Made by a program: the position numbers and the translations under genes | Notes under the pieces: generated by a model | Told to the model about the DNA's origin: nothing | What the model saw: the letters and a program-made list of their open reading frames with translations, nothing else | Database searches by the model: none | From: Kondoa subrosea | Lineage: Eukaryota | DNA: 64,000 bases | Direction of reading: 5' to 3' | NCBI GenBank assembly: GCA_039545335.1 | Contig: BCIN01000002.1 | Location: 1,129,118-1,193,117 of the forward strand | In this document: piece after piece, positions 40,719 through 53,472 of the stretch | Position numbering within the stretch: position 1 is the first letter of the stretch | Layout: each line of letters begins with the position of its first letter

Positions 40719-42599
40719 ATGGCTTCGTGAGCTTCCGTCCCTTCCATTCATTCCGCTTTTGCAAGAAAACTTCAAGCATGCCACAACACTCTGACTGTAC
40801 TGGGTGATGCTTGTGTGCTATACAACGACTATCGCCTACGATGTTCTGCAATTCTGGAATGATTCCTACATGTTTTGAGCGAGATATTGACTATCATGCA
40901 TTTTGCCTCCTCTCAATAGAACCGAACAGGCTGCACCACCAGCCATTAACAACGATGCCGCTGGAGGAGCTGGAGATGTAAACGAGGCTGATATCGAATC
41001 CAAGTGAGCGAGAACAAGCACGGCACAAATTGGCAAAAGAGTAATCGGAAATTTGCTATGCAGCTGGGATCAGGTCACCGATTCGTTCGACAACATGAAC
41101 CTCAAGCCTGAATTGCTCAGAGGTATCTATGCTTATGGGTGTGTCAACCTTCCGTGCGAAGAACACGCAGGAGCTTATTCGGTCGGCCAATAGTTTCGAA
41201 AGACCTTCCGCTATTCAACAAAGAGCTATCATGCCTATTCTTACTGGCCGGTCAGTTTTCGAAAGCAGTCTTAGCATTAGCTAATATGTCTTTGGGTAAA
41301 TACTGACAGTGATGTGATTGCTCAAGCTCAATCTGGAACTGGCAAAACCGCTACTTTCTCCGTCTCTATCCTTCAATCCATTGATGTCTCACGCAAAGAA
41401 GTTCAAGCTCTGGTTCTCGCACCTACTCGCGAATTGGCTCAGCAAATTCAAAAGGTCGTTATGGCTCTAGGAGACTACCTCGGCATCGAATGTTACGGCG
41501 CCGTCGGTGGAACTCCAGTTCGTGAAGGTATCGCTGCCCTCTCTGCTGGTGTCCACGTCGTTGTTGGTACTCCTGGACGTGTTTACGATTTCATTCAAAG
41601 AAAAGCTCTTCGCACTGATGCAATCAAGATGTTCTGCATGGATGAAGCTGACGAGATGCTTGGACGTGGTTTCAAGGTCAGTTGCGGAAGAAATTGTTCA
41701 CGTTTTGTTCTCGTTTCTGAATCTTGCTACAACAGGACCAAATGTATGACATCTTCCAACTCCTGCCTCCTACTACTCAAGTCGTCCTTCTCTCCGCTAC
41801 CATGCCTGCCGATGTTTTGGAAGTCACTACCAAGTTCATGCGTGACCCTGTCCGTATTCTTGTCAAGAGGGATGAACTTACACTAGAAGGTGGGCGAGGA
41901 GTACACCTTAGCTGCTTAAAATAGCTGATCCGTTGTGCTTTCGACCACAGGTATTAAGCAATTCTTCATCGCCGTCGAGAAGGAAGAATGGAAACTCGAT
42001 ACTCTTTCAGATCTTTACGAAACAGTTACTATCACTCAAGCCGTCATCTTCTGCAACACTCGCAGGAAGGTCGACTGGTTGACTGAGAAGCTCCACGAGC
42101 GCGAATTCACCGTCTCTGCCATGCACGGTGATATGGAACAAGGAGAACGTGAAGTTATTATGAAGGAATTCAGATCCGGTTCTTCTCGTGTACTCATCAC
42201 TACCGATCTGTTGGCAAGAGGTATCGATGTTCAGCAAGTCTCTTTGGTTATCAACTACGATCTGCCCGCATCTAAGGAAAACGTGAGTTTATGTTCCTTA
42301 CCTCGGTAGCTTCTGTTGCTCATGGACTCTGTCTAGTACATTCACCGAATTGGTCGTGGAGGGCGTTTCGGACGAAAGGGTGTCGCTATCAACTTTGTCA
42401 CGTGAGTTTCCATTTTTTTTTTGGCATTTTCTCATTCTGATTTGTTTTCCCTAGCACCGAGGACGTCGGTGCATTGCGAGAGATTGAGCGCTTCTACAAT
42501 ACGGTTGTTCTGGAGATGCCTCTGGTGCCTTTCTCCCCCTTTTCCCCCGCGCGTGTACGCTGACATGGTTTCGGACAGAATGTTGCGGACCTCATCTAA
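40719..42599 (+). CDS. TIF1: Translation initiation factor eIF4A (DEAD-box helicase)
   Basis: [99 protein letters not shown]. Confidence 0.97.
40775..40889 (+). ncRNA. Candidate intronic box H/ACA snoRNA in eIF4A intron 1
   Basis: The intron at 40727-40919 is 193 nt, versus ~55 nt for most others. It holds a hairpin, an H-box match ATACAA (40820-40825), a second hairpin closed by TCGC/GCGA and ATA (ACA variant) at 40884-40886. Confidence 0.5.
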
Positions 42600-44064
42600 A
42601 ACGATGTCTTCTACCAAAATTATGCCTGCGAATGAGCTTTCGGTCCTTCTACATGGATCACCGCAAACAACGCAGAGGGATCCACATGCATTGACAGCGA
42701 GAACAGGGTTTTGTATACTTTCTTAGATTTGGATGCAAGGATATTAGGTCTTGTTATCGAGACCGTGCAATTAATAACGAATCGTTTAGAACAGTATCTT
42801 TCGCAGCTGTGCTCGTGGATTGTTGACTCCGCCTTGTGACATTAACACTGCTCAATGTTTTGGTATGGCAAGCCCAGTGTGTCAAAAATAAGGCATATAC
42901 CCGGCGAAAATTGTCTATACTAGACCTTTTCCCTCACGACCATACCTTTTTCTCTCAAATACTTTCAGTTTCAACCTCTTGACATACGGTTCTGTCGTCT
43001 ATACCGAGACATTTGAAGCAATCGAATACTCTGCGGTCCTCTTTATGCTTGCCCATACCATCTCTGATCTCTCACCTATACTTGAGCTACCTCACACAAC
43101 ATGAACTATACCTTGCACTCCAGCAAGTGATTTCATATACTACTCAAAGTCACGCGAAGAGCTATCGTATACTTCTGCTGAATTTGTATACTTCTATGGA
43201 TGACTAGACAAGTCTACAGGGCGGAAGCAACAAGACCTGTGACAGCCAGCTGGAAGGAAACCCGAGGCCCAATGCAGCCCATTTTAGCCTGGCGGTCAAT
43301 GCTGTACAGACACAAGCAGATTTCCAAATGGTCGTCTCCTACTAATTGTGTATCTCTAAGTCTCGCGCTGGTGGTGTGTTCCGATCAAGTCTGGCCTGAT
43401 CTGCCTGAGACTCACGAATTGGCCCATAGCTAATCGAATGGAAACGCTTTTATCTCATGCGGTGGTGTGAGCCAAGGCGTACTGACTATTGGACTCTGCA
43501 TGTGTGTCGGGCACCAGCTCGTTCTTGCTGTCTTTCCGTCTGTTAACTTTACGTGCTCCTTCAAAGTTAGTCTGCTCGGCAGATCACTTTTACGTAGCCC
43601 GCATATCATGTCAAATGCCTATACACGAGCATCGTCTTGTCTGGCTACTGTCGCGTTCCTATGCCAGTCGGCTCTCATCTCCGTTTTGTGAAGTCTGCCA
43701 CCGGCTTTACTTCAACCCTACTGCAATGGATTCGCGCTGCTACCTTGACAAATTGCTAAGACATCACGAAGTATATGCCGGCGCAAATTAACAGTATAGG
43801 CTGCGGGAGATTGGACGAAGGCCAAGTATACGTTGACATACCATATGCTTGAGATAGTATACGAGCATAAGAGTTTTCAGCCTTTGGGTATACTAGTAGA
43901 CCGAATATGGCGCTAGCGGTATACATAGAGCGAAGTATTCCAAGCGGGTCGTTTTGACACAGCCGGCTCGCCATAGTTTTGGTATAGCATATGGAAGTTT
44001 ATCACCGAACCAATACCTTCGCTTTGGTTTACCAGATTGAAGAGAGATACCTCGCTGATAAGCC

Positions 44065-46375
44065 ATGGCCAACACATCAGGCCGTTCGCAGTCGTTGCTG
44101 CTTGACCATTTCTCAATCTTCACGAAAAGTGGTCTCGTTCTTTGGTCGCGCACTTTCAATCCCACTGGCTCACTTCCACCATTCGATAACATGATTAAAG
44201 AGAAGCTAATTGATACGGATGCCTTGACGCAAACCGCTCAGCAACTGAATCATCAAGAAGCTGAATCCAATGCATGGGAAGGACAAGGTTATTCAGTCAA
44301 ATGGGTAACAGAGAATGTCAATGGCTTAATCTTCGCTGTTGCATATCCAAGAATCCTTACATTGGCTTATATTCCTACTTTGCTATCGACCATCAGACAA
44401 TTGTTTTTATCCCTGTTCGAACCTTTGATCCAAGCTTTGATTGCTGCTGTTTCTGGTCAAGATATATCTCAATTACCTTTGTCAATCAGAAAGAAACTCT
44501 GCTCACCTGGTGGTTGGCAAAAGATTTGGAAAGGTTGGGAAGAGACTTTTATTGAGACTTGTACCGAATTGGAGGGTCGTCAGGTCGGTCAATACGAAAT
44601 GACAAGCGCGTTCTGTGCTGAGTTCGTCATCTGGTTGACAGCCTCGCAAATTGAAATCGGAAACTAGTTTCTTGGGCAAAGGAGTACCTCAATCAGCTCC
44701 CACTGCTCAACCTTCTTCCACAACAAATACTTCCGAACCAGTTGTAGATGCCGAATTGATAGCAAGAAATGTATCTGCTTTCAAAGCCAGACAGAAGTCC
44801 AGAGTGATGAGCAAGAAAAAGGGAGGGAAAGGAGGAGTAGGAGGAACCGATACTGAAGAAACGGGTGGATCGGAAACAGATAGTAGTGCTGTGGGTAAAC
44901 GGAATGTCACTAATGGATTGGTCAAGGAAAGGAGGAAATGGGGTGATTCGAATAAAGTGGATGCAAAGGATATGGCTGCTTTGGATTTCTCACCCTCTTC
45001 CACTCCAACTAAAAAAGGTCAACACAAGATTGATAATTTTCTGGACCCGAATGCTCTGGGTTCGAAAGATAAACAAGGGTTTTATACGGTTGCCGATTTT
45101 GAAGTCGCTCAAGAAGATGAAGACGAGGACGATGATGACGAAGAGCTGTCTGCTTTCTTGAACAAATCGAAGAACAAGCCACAAGCAGGCGCTTTCTCTT
45201 CCTTCATTTCTCGGCTAAGCAATACAGTCGGCTTGTCATCCAAACCTCTTACTGCTGCAGATCTAGCGCCAGCCTTGGCGACAATGACCGAACAGTTATT
45301 GAACAAGAATGTAGCTAGAGAAGTCACCGATGCAATAGTCAAGTCGGTTGGTTCGTCACTAGTTGGCGTTACACCGCGAAGTGGATTAAAAAAAGCCGTC
45401 AAATCCGCTTTGGGCGATTCGCTCACTCGAATTCTTACACCAAGAACTTCTACAGACATTCTACTGGAAATCAAGAAGAAGACTACTAAACCTTCTTCCT
45501 TTGGTAACAAAGATCCTTACGCTATTACTTTTGTCGGTGTTAATGGTGTAGGCAAGAGTACTAATTTGTCAAAAGTGGCTTTCTGGTTGTTGCAGAACGA
45601 TCTCAAAGTATTGATTGCGGCTTGTGATACTTTCCGATCCGGCGCTGTGGAGCAATTGAGAGTGCATGTGAGGAATCTGGAAATGTTGCAAGAAGGTGAA
45701 CAGAGGGTTGAGTTGTATGAAAAGGGTTATGGGAAAGATGCGGCTGGGATAGCGAAAGAAGCTATTGCTTATGGTATGTTGGTCTTTTTGGCGCGAAAAG
45801 GGGTGTTGGCTCATATGGGATTGAAGCCAAACAAAAGGGTTTCGATGTGGTCTTGATTGATACTGCAGGACGTATGCAAGATAACGAGCCTTTAATGCGA
45901 GCCTTGGCCAAAGTGAGTCTTGCTAAAGCATAAGTAATAGACATCTTGGCTGATTATTTTGTGTATCAGCTCGTCGCGGTAAACAGGCCGGATAAGATTC
46001 TTTTCGTTGGTGAGGCTCTGGTTGGCAACGAAGCTGTAGATCAGCTCGTCAAGTTCAATACCTCTTTGAGAGATTTCTCAAGCGCTTCCGGTGCTTTGCC
46101 AAGAGGAATTGATGGGATCATCTTGACCAAATTCGATACAAGTGAGTCGCTGACATGAAGAATCGACCATTTGCTGACTTCGTATCTAGTTGATGATAAG
46201 GTCGGAGCTGCCGTGAGCATGACTTATGTTACTGGACAACCCTTGCTGTTTGTCGGCACTGGTCAAGTGAGTCTCGTGCTCCTTGTCAGGGTTCGTACTA
46301 ACATTGTGCTCGCAGACGTATTCAGATCTTCGCTCACTTCGAGTGCAACATATTGTCAACGCATTATTGGCTTAA
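44065..46375 (+). CDS. SRP101: Signal recognition particle receptor alpha subunit
   Basis: Longin-like [18 protein letters not shown] GTPase [76 protein letters not shown]. Confidence 0.96.
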
Positions 46376-46535
46376 AGACAGGGAGGAGAGAAGGAAAGAG
46401 GAGAGGAGAGCGCCGCAATGCTATAACCAGACTCTTGTATACATGCACGTAAATCGCGACTTTGGTTTGATTTTGGTTCTGGACGGTGACTCTCGTAAAT
46501 ACCTGATTTGCGTATATCCCCAGAAGACAGAGACG

Positions 46536-49500
46536 ATGGCTTCGCTTGGGGTCGAAGCTAGCGCTCAGCTACTGATCCAGCAAGAGATCTCATCCGTCTG
46601 TACCGCTCTACGCAAGAATTCGCGATGGAACAGCAATCCAAGCATGAGCTCTTCACTCTTCATGGACTATCATCGTCGCAACCTGGCTGCTGACACTTAC
46701 GGTATCAAGCATCCCAAGTTGTCCAATGGGCCAAGCACTCCGGCTGGTTCGAATGAAGGTGTTGGACCCGCGTCGTTTGCTGCTCTACGTATGGAGCTGG
46801 CTGAGATACAAGGTCTACTTCTTACAAAACACCGCTACATAGATAACTCATCATCGGTTCTACAGACATATCAACACTGGATGCCCAAATCCTACTGCAC
46901 CCATTCTTAGAGATTGTCAGATCAGGCGACACATCTGGACCAATTACAGCGACAGCTCTGGCTTCAGTCGATAAATTCATCTCTTATGGACTTATACATT
47001 CGAACAGTCCAAATCTCGGTGCTGCTTTGCAAGAGCTGTCTTCGGCTGGTACACATTGCAAGTTTGAAGCTAGTGACTCCGTCAGCGATGAAGTAGTGTT
47101 ACTCAAGATCCTTGATGTGCTCAAGAATACTCTGACTTCTCCTCTCGGGGCCGTGTTAACTGACGAAGCTGTTTGCGAGATGATGGAAACTGGCTTGAGC
47201 ATGTGTTGTCAGATGAGGCTCAGCGGTGCGCTTCAAGTAGTTCCATTGCTGCTGATAGCTGAAATCCGATTCGGGCGCCAGAGATGCTACGCAGATCAGC
47301 CGAAAGAACCATGCAAGCGCTGGTAGCTGCCGTTTTTCGCAAATTACAAACGATACCTTCCGAAAGCGAGACATCAAGTAGCAGTAAATCTGCAACCGCT
47401 GTAGAAGTATCGATACCAGATACACCAAGCACGACGCCAGATGGACTCCGCATGTCTGCACCCGATCCAACTTCTGGCGCAATACCTGCTGCCTCTACTC
47501 CTTCAGCTCAATCTAATTCGCTACCTCCTCCAAATGCAGAGCTAGCAAGTTCCACCAACACAAAGGCAGATGAAACGAGCTCGAATCCTTATGGCCTTCC
47601 TTCTATCCGCGAATTGCTTCGGGTTCTTATCAGCTTACTGGATCCGTACGACAACCAGCATACCGACTCTATGCGTCTGATGGCTCTTGGCATAATCAAC
47701 ATAGCTTTTGAAATAGGTGGGAAGAGTATAGGTCGGTTCTCTTCTTTGCGATCCATGGTTGCCGATGATCTCTGCAAACATCTCTTTCAACTCGCTCGAA
47801 CAGAAAGCACTGTCATGCTTTCCGCAACTCTACGCGTCATCACAACTATATTCGATACAAATCGTCAGCATTTGAAATTACAACAGGAACTCTTCCTAGC
47901 TTTCATCATGGATCGACTAGTCTCTGCTCCAGGTAAAGAGAACGAAAGAGAGCTGGATCAAGCAACCTGGGATTCCGAATATTCATCAATGAGCACAACA
48001 ATTGCCGCCAATAACCTCAACCAGTCTACCAATTCTGGGAATAACCCTAATTTACCGAGAAGAGAATCGGCTGGCTCTCCAGCGCCTAGTCTGAAAGCTA
48101 GAGAACATCAACAAAATAATCCGGAAGGAAGGGCTTTGCTCATGGAACACCTTTGCTTGTTTGCTCGAGAACCGGAAGCGAGCATTAACTTGTGGATCAA
48201 TTACGATTGCGATCAAGAAAGTGAGGATCTTTGGGAAAGAATGGTCAGGTTTATGGCTAGAGTAGGTTGCCTTCTTATTCTTGGACGAAGAAAGCGCTGA
48301 TTTCGACCACAGGGCGTTTACCCTACCAACCCAGCTAGTCAATTTGCTCCAGATGCAGCTCAATTACTCTCTCTGGATGCGTTGCTCTCTTTTGTCAGCA
48401 ATATGTCAGCGCGTTCTGCCAAAACTGTCACGGCCAAGGTCAGTAATTCCTTTCCAGCAAATCAGTGTCACTAAGTCGTAAAGTAGGAAACGAAACTAGC
48501 GAAAGAAATCACTGCATCAAAAGCATCCAAGAATGTTCTTCTCGAGGGGGCTCAGCTGTTCAATGAGAAGCCGAAGAAAGGCATTGCATTTTTGGAAGAA
48601 CAGCGCCTTATCTACTCTGATCCTTCGATACCGAAATCGGAAAGCTTGGCTAAGTTCTTAAAAGACTGTCCAAGGCTCGATAAAAGAGAATTAGGCGATT
48701 TTATCTCTCGACCGGATCAGCTCGAAGTATTGAAATGCTTCATGCGACTCTTTGACTTCAGGAATGTACGTAGTGAATGCATGTTCTGCCAAATCGCTCG
48801 CTGATTGCATCCTTTAACTCTGAACAGAAAGTCATTTCTGACGCAATGCGAGATTTACTGGAAGCCTTCCGATTACCTGGTGAAGCTCAGCAGATTGATC
48901 GAATAACAGAAGCCTTTGCAGATGTTTACTTTGCTGCACAACCTGCCGATGCAGAAATCAAGTCTAAAGATGCTGCTTATGTGTTGGCTTTCTCTGTCAT
49001 CATGCTCAACACAGATCAGCATAATCCCCAAAACGTAAAGAATAAGATGAAATTTGAAGACTATCGCAAGAATCTTCGCGGCGTGAACGATCGGGCCGAC
49101 TTCGCGCCTGAATATCTGGTAAGTCTAATGGAGGAGGTAGCCTCGGATCGCTTACAGATGTGTCCATTCACAGAAAGCCATCTATGACAGCATACGGCGG
49201 AAAGAGATTGTCTTGCCAGAAGAACATCATGGTCAACTAGGATTCGAATATGCTTGGAGGGAATTGTTAAGACGCAGTCGCTCTTCCGGTAAGTATGACA
49301 TCATCTGTGAGCAATATCGACTAACTCCAAAGCCTCCACAGCACCATTCAAAAAGATTCTATCTTCAGCACTGGACCGTGAGATTTTCAGTGTCGCTTGG
49401 AAACCCATCATTTCGGCTATCTCTTATGCCTTTACCCATTTCCAAGATGATCTGGTACTTCAGCGAGCGATCGCAGGCTTTCAGCAGTGTGCTCTTCTGG

Positions 49501-51897
49501 CCAGCGGGTTCGAGCTTCCGCAAGTTTTCGACTTTACAATGTTATCGCTCGCAAGGATCACTACACTTCTGCCTGGTTCAGCACCAGTAGATTCCGCGAT
49601 CTTCCCGAAAGTGGAAGTTGCAGCTTCAGCCGAAGAGCCAAACAAGATGATCGAAATTACCGTCAGTCCTTTGGCAATTCGCTTCGGTATGAACACGAAA
49701 GCGCAGATCGCTGCTATCGCTCTCTTTTCAATAGCCAATTCGAATGGTGGGGTACTACGTTCAGGCTGGATCCAAATCTTTGAGATATATCAAACGCTCT
49801 TCGTCCATTCACTGTTACCGCCTTCCTTACTCAGCATGGAAGACTTCCTTGCCGGTACCAGTGTCATTCCTCTCAAGCCAAGAGATATGCCTAAACCAAG
49901 AGAAGATCGTCGCACAGACGGTGGCTTGCTTTCGACACTTTCATCCTACCTACTTTCCCCTTATGGTCCAGCTGGAGCTGATGGACTCGGCCGAGATCTT
50001 ACTGACGACGATATTGAGAATACTCTGTCGGCTGTGGATTGTATATCTTCATGTCGAGTGGAAGAATTGTACAAATCGATACCGTGAGTTTTTTCTTGTG
50101 CCGAGACATCTTTCTCGCTCAGTGTATATGCAGTAAATTACCCTCAGAAGCTATTGTCGCTCTTGTGCAGTCTTTGGTCGAGCTGGCCGAACGTCTTACT
50201 TGCGACCGACTGGATCGGCGCGAAACAAATCCTTCATCGTTTAATACAGCAGCGAATGCTCGATCTCAATTGCCATATGAACCCGCCTCGGTGTTCTTAC
50301 TAGAACTGATGGTCAGTATATCAAGCCACTCGCCCAGCACACTCAGCGAGACTTGGCCGCTCGTATATGATTACATCTCGAAATTATTACTATCAGGTTC
50401 TTCGTATAGCCCGCTATTGACGGAAAGAGCAGCCGTTGGCCTGTTGCGGCTGGCATACCATGTAGCAAAAGATGTGCGTGACATCAGCAATCTTTCTGAA
50501 ATATCAGTTGACAGAGCGTGACAGGATGCAATGCGAGATCAAATCTTCATTGCGTTAGATTTACTACGGAATCTGCCGCAAGGTGTCCTGACGTCCGTGG
50601 CTGAGCAATTGACGGCCGGTCTAATGAAGATCATCGCTGATAATCCACGATGCTTGAGGTATTCTCCAGGCCATTCCTCTCTCACAGACTTGGCTGATCA
50701 TCAATTACAGGACAACAACTGAGTGGAACCTCGTTTATGCTTTACTAGCAGCAACAGCCTACCGGGATCAAGCTGCGAAGCTTTCATTCAATCTCCTGCA
50801 GCAACTTGCGCGGAACGAAATCGCGGATGGTTTGGTAGCAGAAAACTTTGTCGGCTTTGTGCAAACTCTCAACGCCTATGCGACTGCAGCTAGCGTTAAA
50901 GATGGCAAACCCGATGTCCGGGTCAACGAGGATTCGGTAGTTGAACGAGGTCGCCAAGCGCTGGACATGATCAATGCTTCACAAAGCAAGACCGATGGTC
51001 TGATAGAGAGCTCATCTTTGCCTTATACTGAAGGTGAGCACTTCTGCCGTTTTTTGTGCGGGAGCTAAGGCTTCACGTCAGCATGGGAATCGTATTGGCT
51101 GCCCGTACTCTCAGCGTACGCTCAGCAATGCGTCAACTCGAAACGCGAGATTCGTCAAACAGCTCTGGGTCATCTCCAGCGCACGCTGATTGCCAATGAA
51201 TTGCTCTCGAACCCAGCAATTGATCTTTCCGTCATTTTCGAAAAGCTCATCTTTCCAACATTGGACGAACTGCTCAAACCTCAAGTATTCAGGCGTGATC
51301 CGGGAGGAATGGGAGAAACGAGGTTGCGGGCTACCGCTTTGCTTTGCAAGATCTTCTTGCACTGCAGCACGCAAAGGCAAGGTATGTCGGGTTTGAAGGA
51401 AATTTGGGGAAGAGTATTGGATGCGCTGGATCGGATGATGCACAGTGGTCGAAAAGATGCTATGGTCTGTCTATTGTCGAACGCTTCAGCAATCAATAGG
51501 TCTGAATCATGTTCTATAGTACGAAGCTGTTCCAGAACAATTGAAGAATGCCATTCTCGTCATGGCTGATCAAGGCATTCTCGTTCCACCGACCGCGTCA
51601 TCACGCACGATAGAGCAGGCTCAACTTTGGGACAGCACTTTTACGCGCATCGACACTTTCTTGCCTCAACTGCAGCGCGAACTCTTCCCTTCAGTCGAAG
51701 GCGAACGCAGACAAAATCTCGTACAATATCCGACAAGTCAATCACCGACCACGATGGCAACGCCGCAAGTTCAATCAGCCGAAGAGCAAAAAGACCCGAC
51801 CCCTGGCGGTCTCTCCTCCCCTCGAACACCTCGACAACGACACGATAGTGAAGACATGAGACAAAGTCAAGCTATCGCATCAGCACCGTACCAGTGA
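46536..51897 (+). CDS. Large Sec7-domain ARF-GEF of the Gea1/Gea2/GBF1 class
   Basis: HCKFEASDSVSDEVVLLKIL, CEMMETGLSMCCQMRLS|EMLRRSAE, HUS box LWINYDCD, Sec7 FRLPGEAQQIDRI and FSVIMLNTDQHNP, EEHHGQLGFEYAW, LIFPTLDELLKPQVF. Confidence 0.95.
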
Positions 51898-51968
51898 GCA
51901 AGAGATTCCTGTCGTTTCTGTCGATGTATAAATAAATAGTCAATTGTACAATGCAAAGTCGTTCCTTT

Positions 51969-53333
51969 TCATTTGCTTTCGCCCTTCTTGGGATCCAAAT
52001 ACCTGAAAACTGAAGAGAAGTCTAATGTCGCGTAATCGGCGCTGTCTGCCAGTAGTGCATATATCTTGTCTGCTTCTTTTCCCATCGGAAGATCTAGCGC
52101 TTCCGCTTTAGCTGCATTCATCGCTAGTTTTATATCTTTTCGCATCAGAGCGCTTTGGAACCTGGAAAGGGCAATGTGAACTGCGCTCTTTGATTGAAGC
52201 TCAGCCTAAGCTTACCCTCCTGCATATTCCCGATCAGCTGGAGGTGTGGCTGTACCGCTCAGTGCGCCAGGACAAGGGTTGTTGACTTTCGAGGACCAGC
52301 TTTGACCCGTCGAGCTGATGCACTAATCAGTAAACGTTCATTATAGCTCGTTTGAGCGCACTTGTTGATAATGTCAGCTAGAACCTTGACATCCAACCCC
52401 AGTGAACGTCCAAGCAAGAAAGCCTCACTTGTCCCAATCATTGAAATTGCTAAAAGCAGGTTATTTGAGATTTTTGCAGCCAGTCCTAGGCCGTTTGTGC
52501 CTACATAACTACTCAGCTGGTGTCTTTGATGTGCTCGAAGTTTGACATACCGCAATGCACTATCCGCCTTCCCATCTTCTCTAATATTGGCTTAGCCCTT
52601 TGGAATCCGTCATCGCTGCCTCCGACCATGAAGGAAAGAGTAGCAGCAGCAGCACCGCTCACTCCACCTGAAACTGGCGCATCGACCATGCAAGCTCCGA
52701 CGCCTTGCATCTTGGCGGCTACATCTACTGCTGCTGCCTGATCCAGAGTGGTACTGTCAATGAAGAGCGTTTGCGACACTTCCTCCTTATCGAGCTCTTC
52801 TAGACCGGCTAGAAGACCGGTTTCTGGTGTAAGGTAGACACTTTGAACATGAGGTGTCTTGAATATATATGTCAGTCAATAGGGTCAATGCAAGATGGGG
52901 AAAGACTGACAGAGGGTAACATTGTGATTACTGTTCGAGCCAATCTTGATACTTCCATAGCAGAAGAAGCAGCAATGACTTGACCTTGCTTCACTAGATT
53001 CAGCTCGTTCGACCGCACTCAGGGATTGACGTGAAGACACACTTTGAATCCTCCTTGCTGTATCTGCTCTTCTATAGCAGTCGCTGTCGTCCTGGCTGAA
53101 GCATCAAAGAGTACCAGTCGAGAATTACTCGAGTTCTTGGCTAGATTCTGCATCCTATACAAACGTCAAATGGCTTCGGCGAAGGGATAGGCAAGGGCTC
53201 ACATTGGCTTGCCAATAGCTCCTGGAGTCAAATATTAGGAAGACTGTAGTACTTGTATTGCAAACGCACCCAGGCCGATGAATCCAAGAGATCCAGAGCG
53301 CGAGTAAGAACGCAGCAGCGACGTGTAATACAT
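51969..53333 (-). CDS. 3-hydroxyisobutyrate dehydrogenase (mitochondrial)
   Basis: Rossmann GFIGLG|AIG, ITMLP, FIDSTT, VDAPVSGGVSGAAAATLSFMVGG, GLAAKISNNLLLAISMIG, SSTGQSWSS..NNPCPG, LMRKDIKLA, DFSSVF. Confidence 0.93.
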
Positions 53334-53472
53334 CCTCTTATGGCTTGATAGCGTAGCTGTACTAGATGACAGCTCTGAATGGACGTCAACACAAAAGAGA
53401 TTCAAGCGGGCACCCGCGATTTGATCATGCATTCTAAATCTCTTGTATTATACAGTCTAGCACTGCAACACT

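Noticed and set aside
44095..44110. CTG-CTT-GAC aligning to the usual MLD start of SRP receptor alpha (possible CUG start)
   Set aside because: An in-frame AUG in good context exists at 44065; a short N-terminal extension is simpler.
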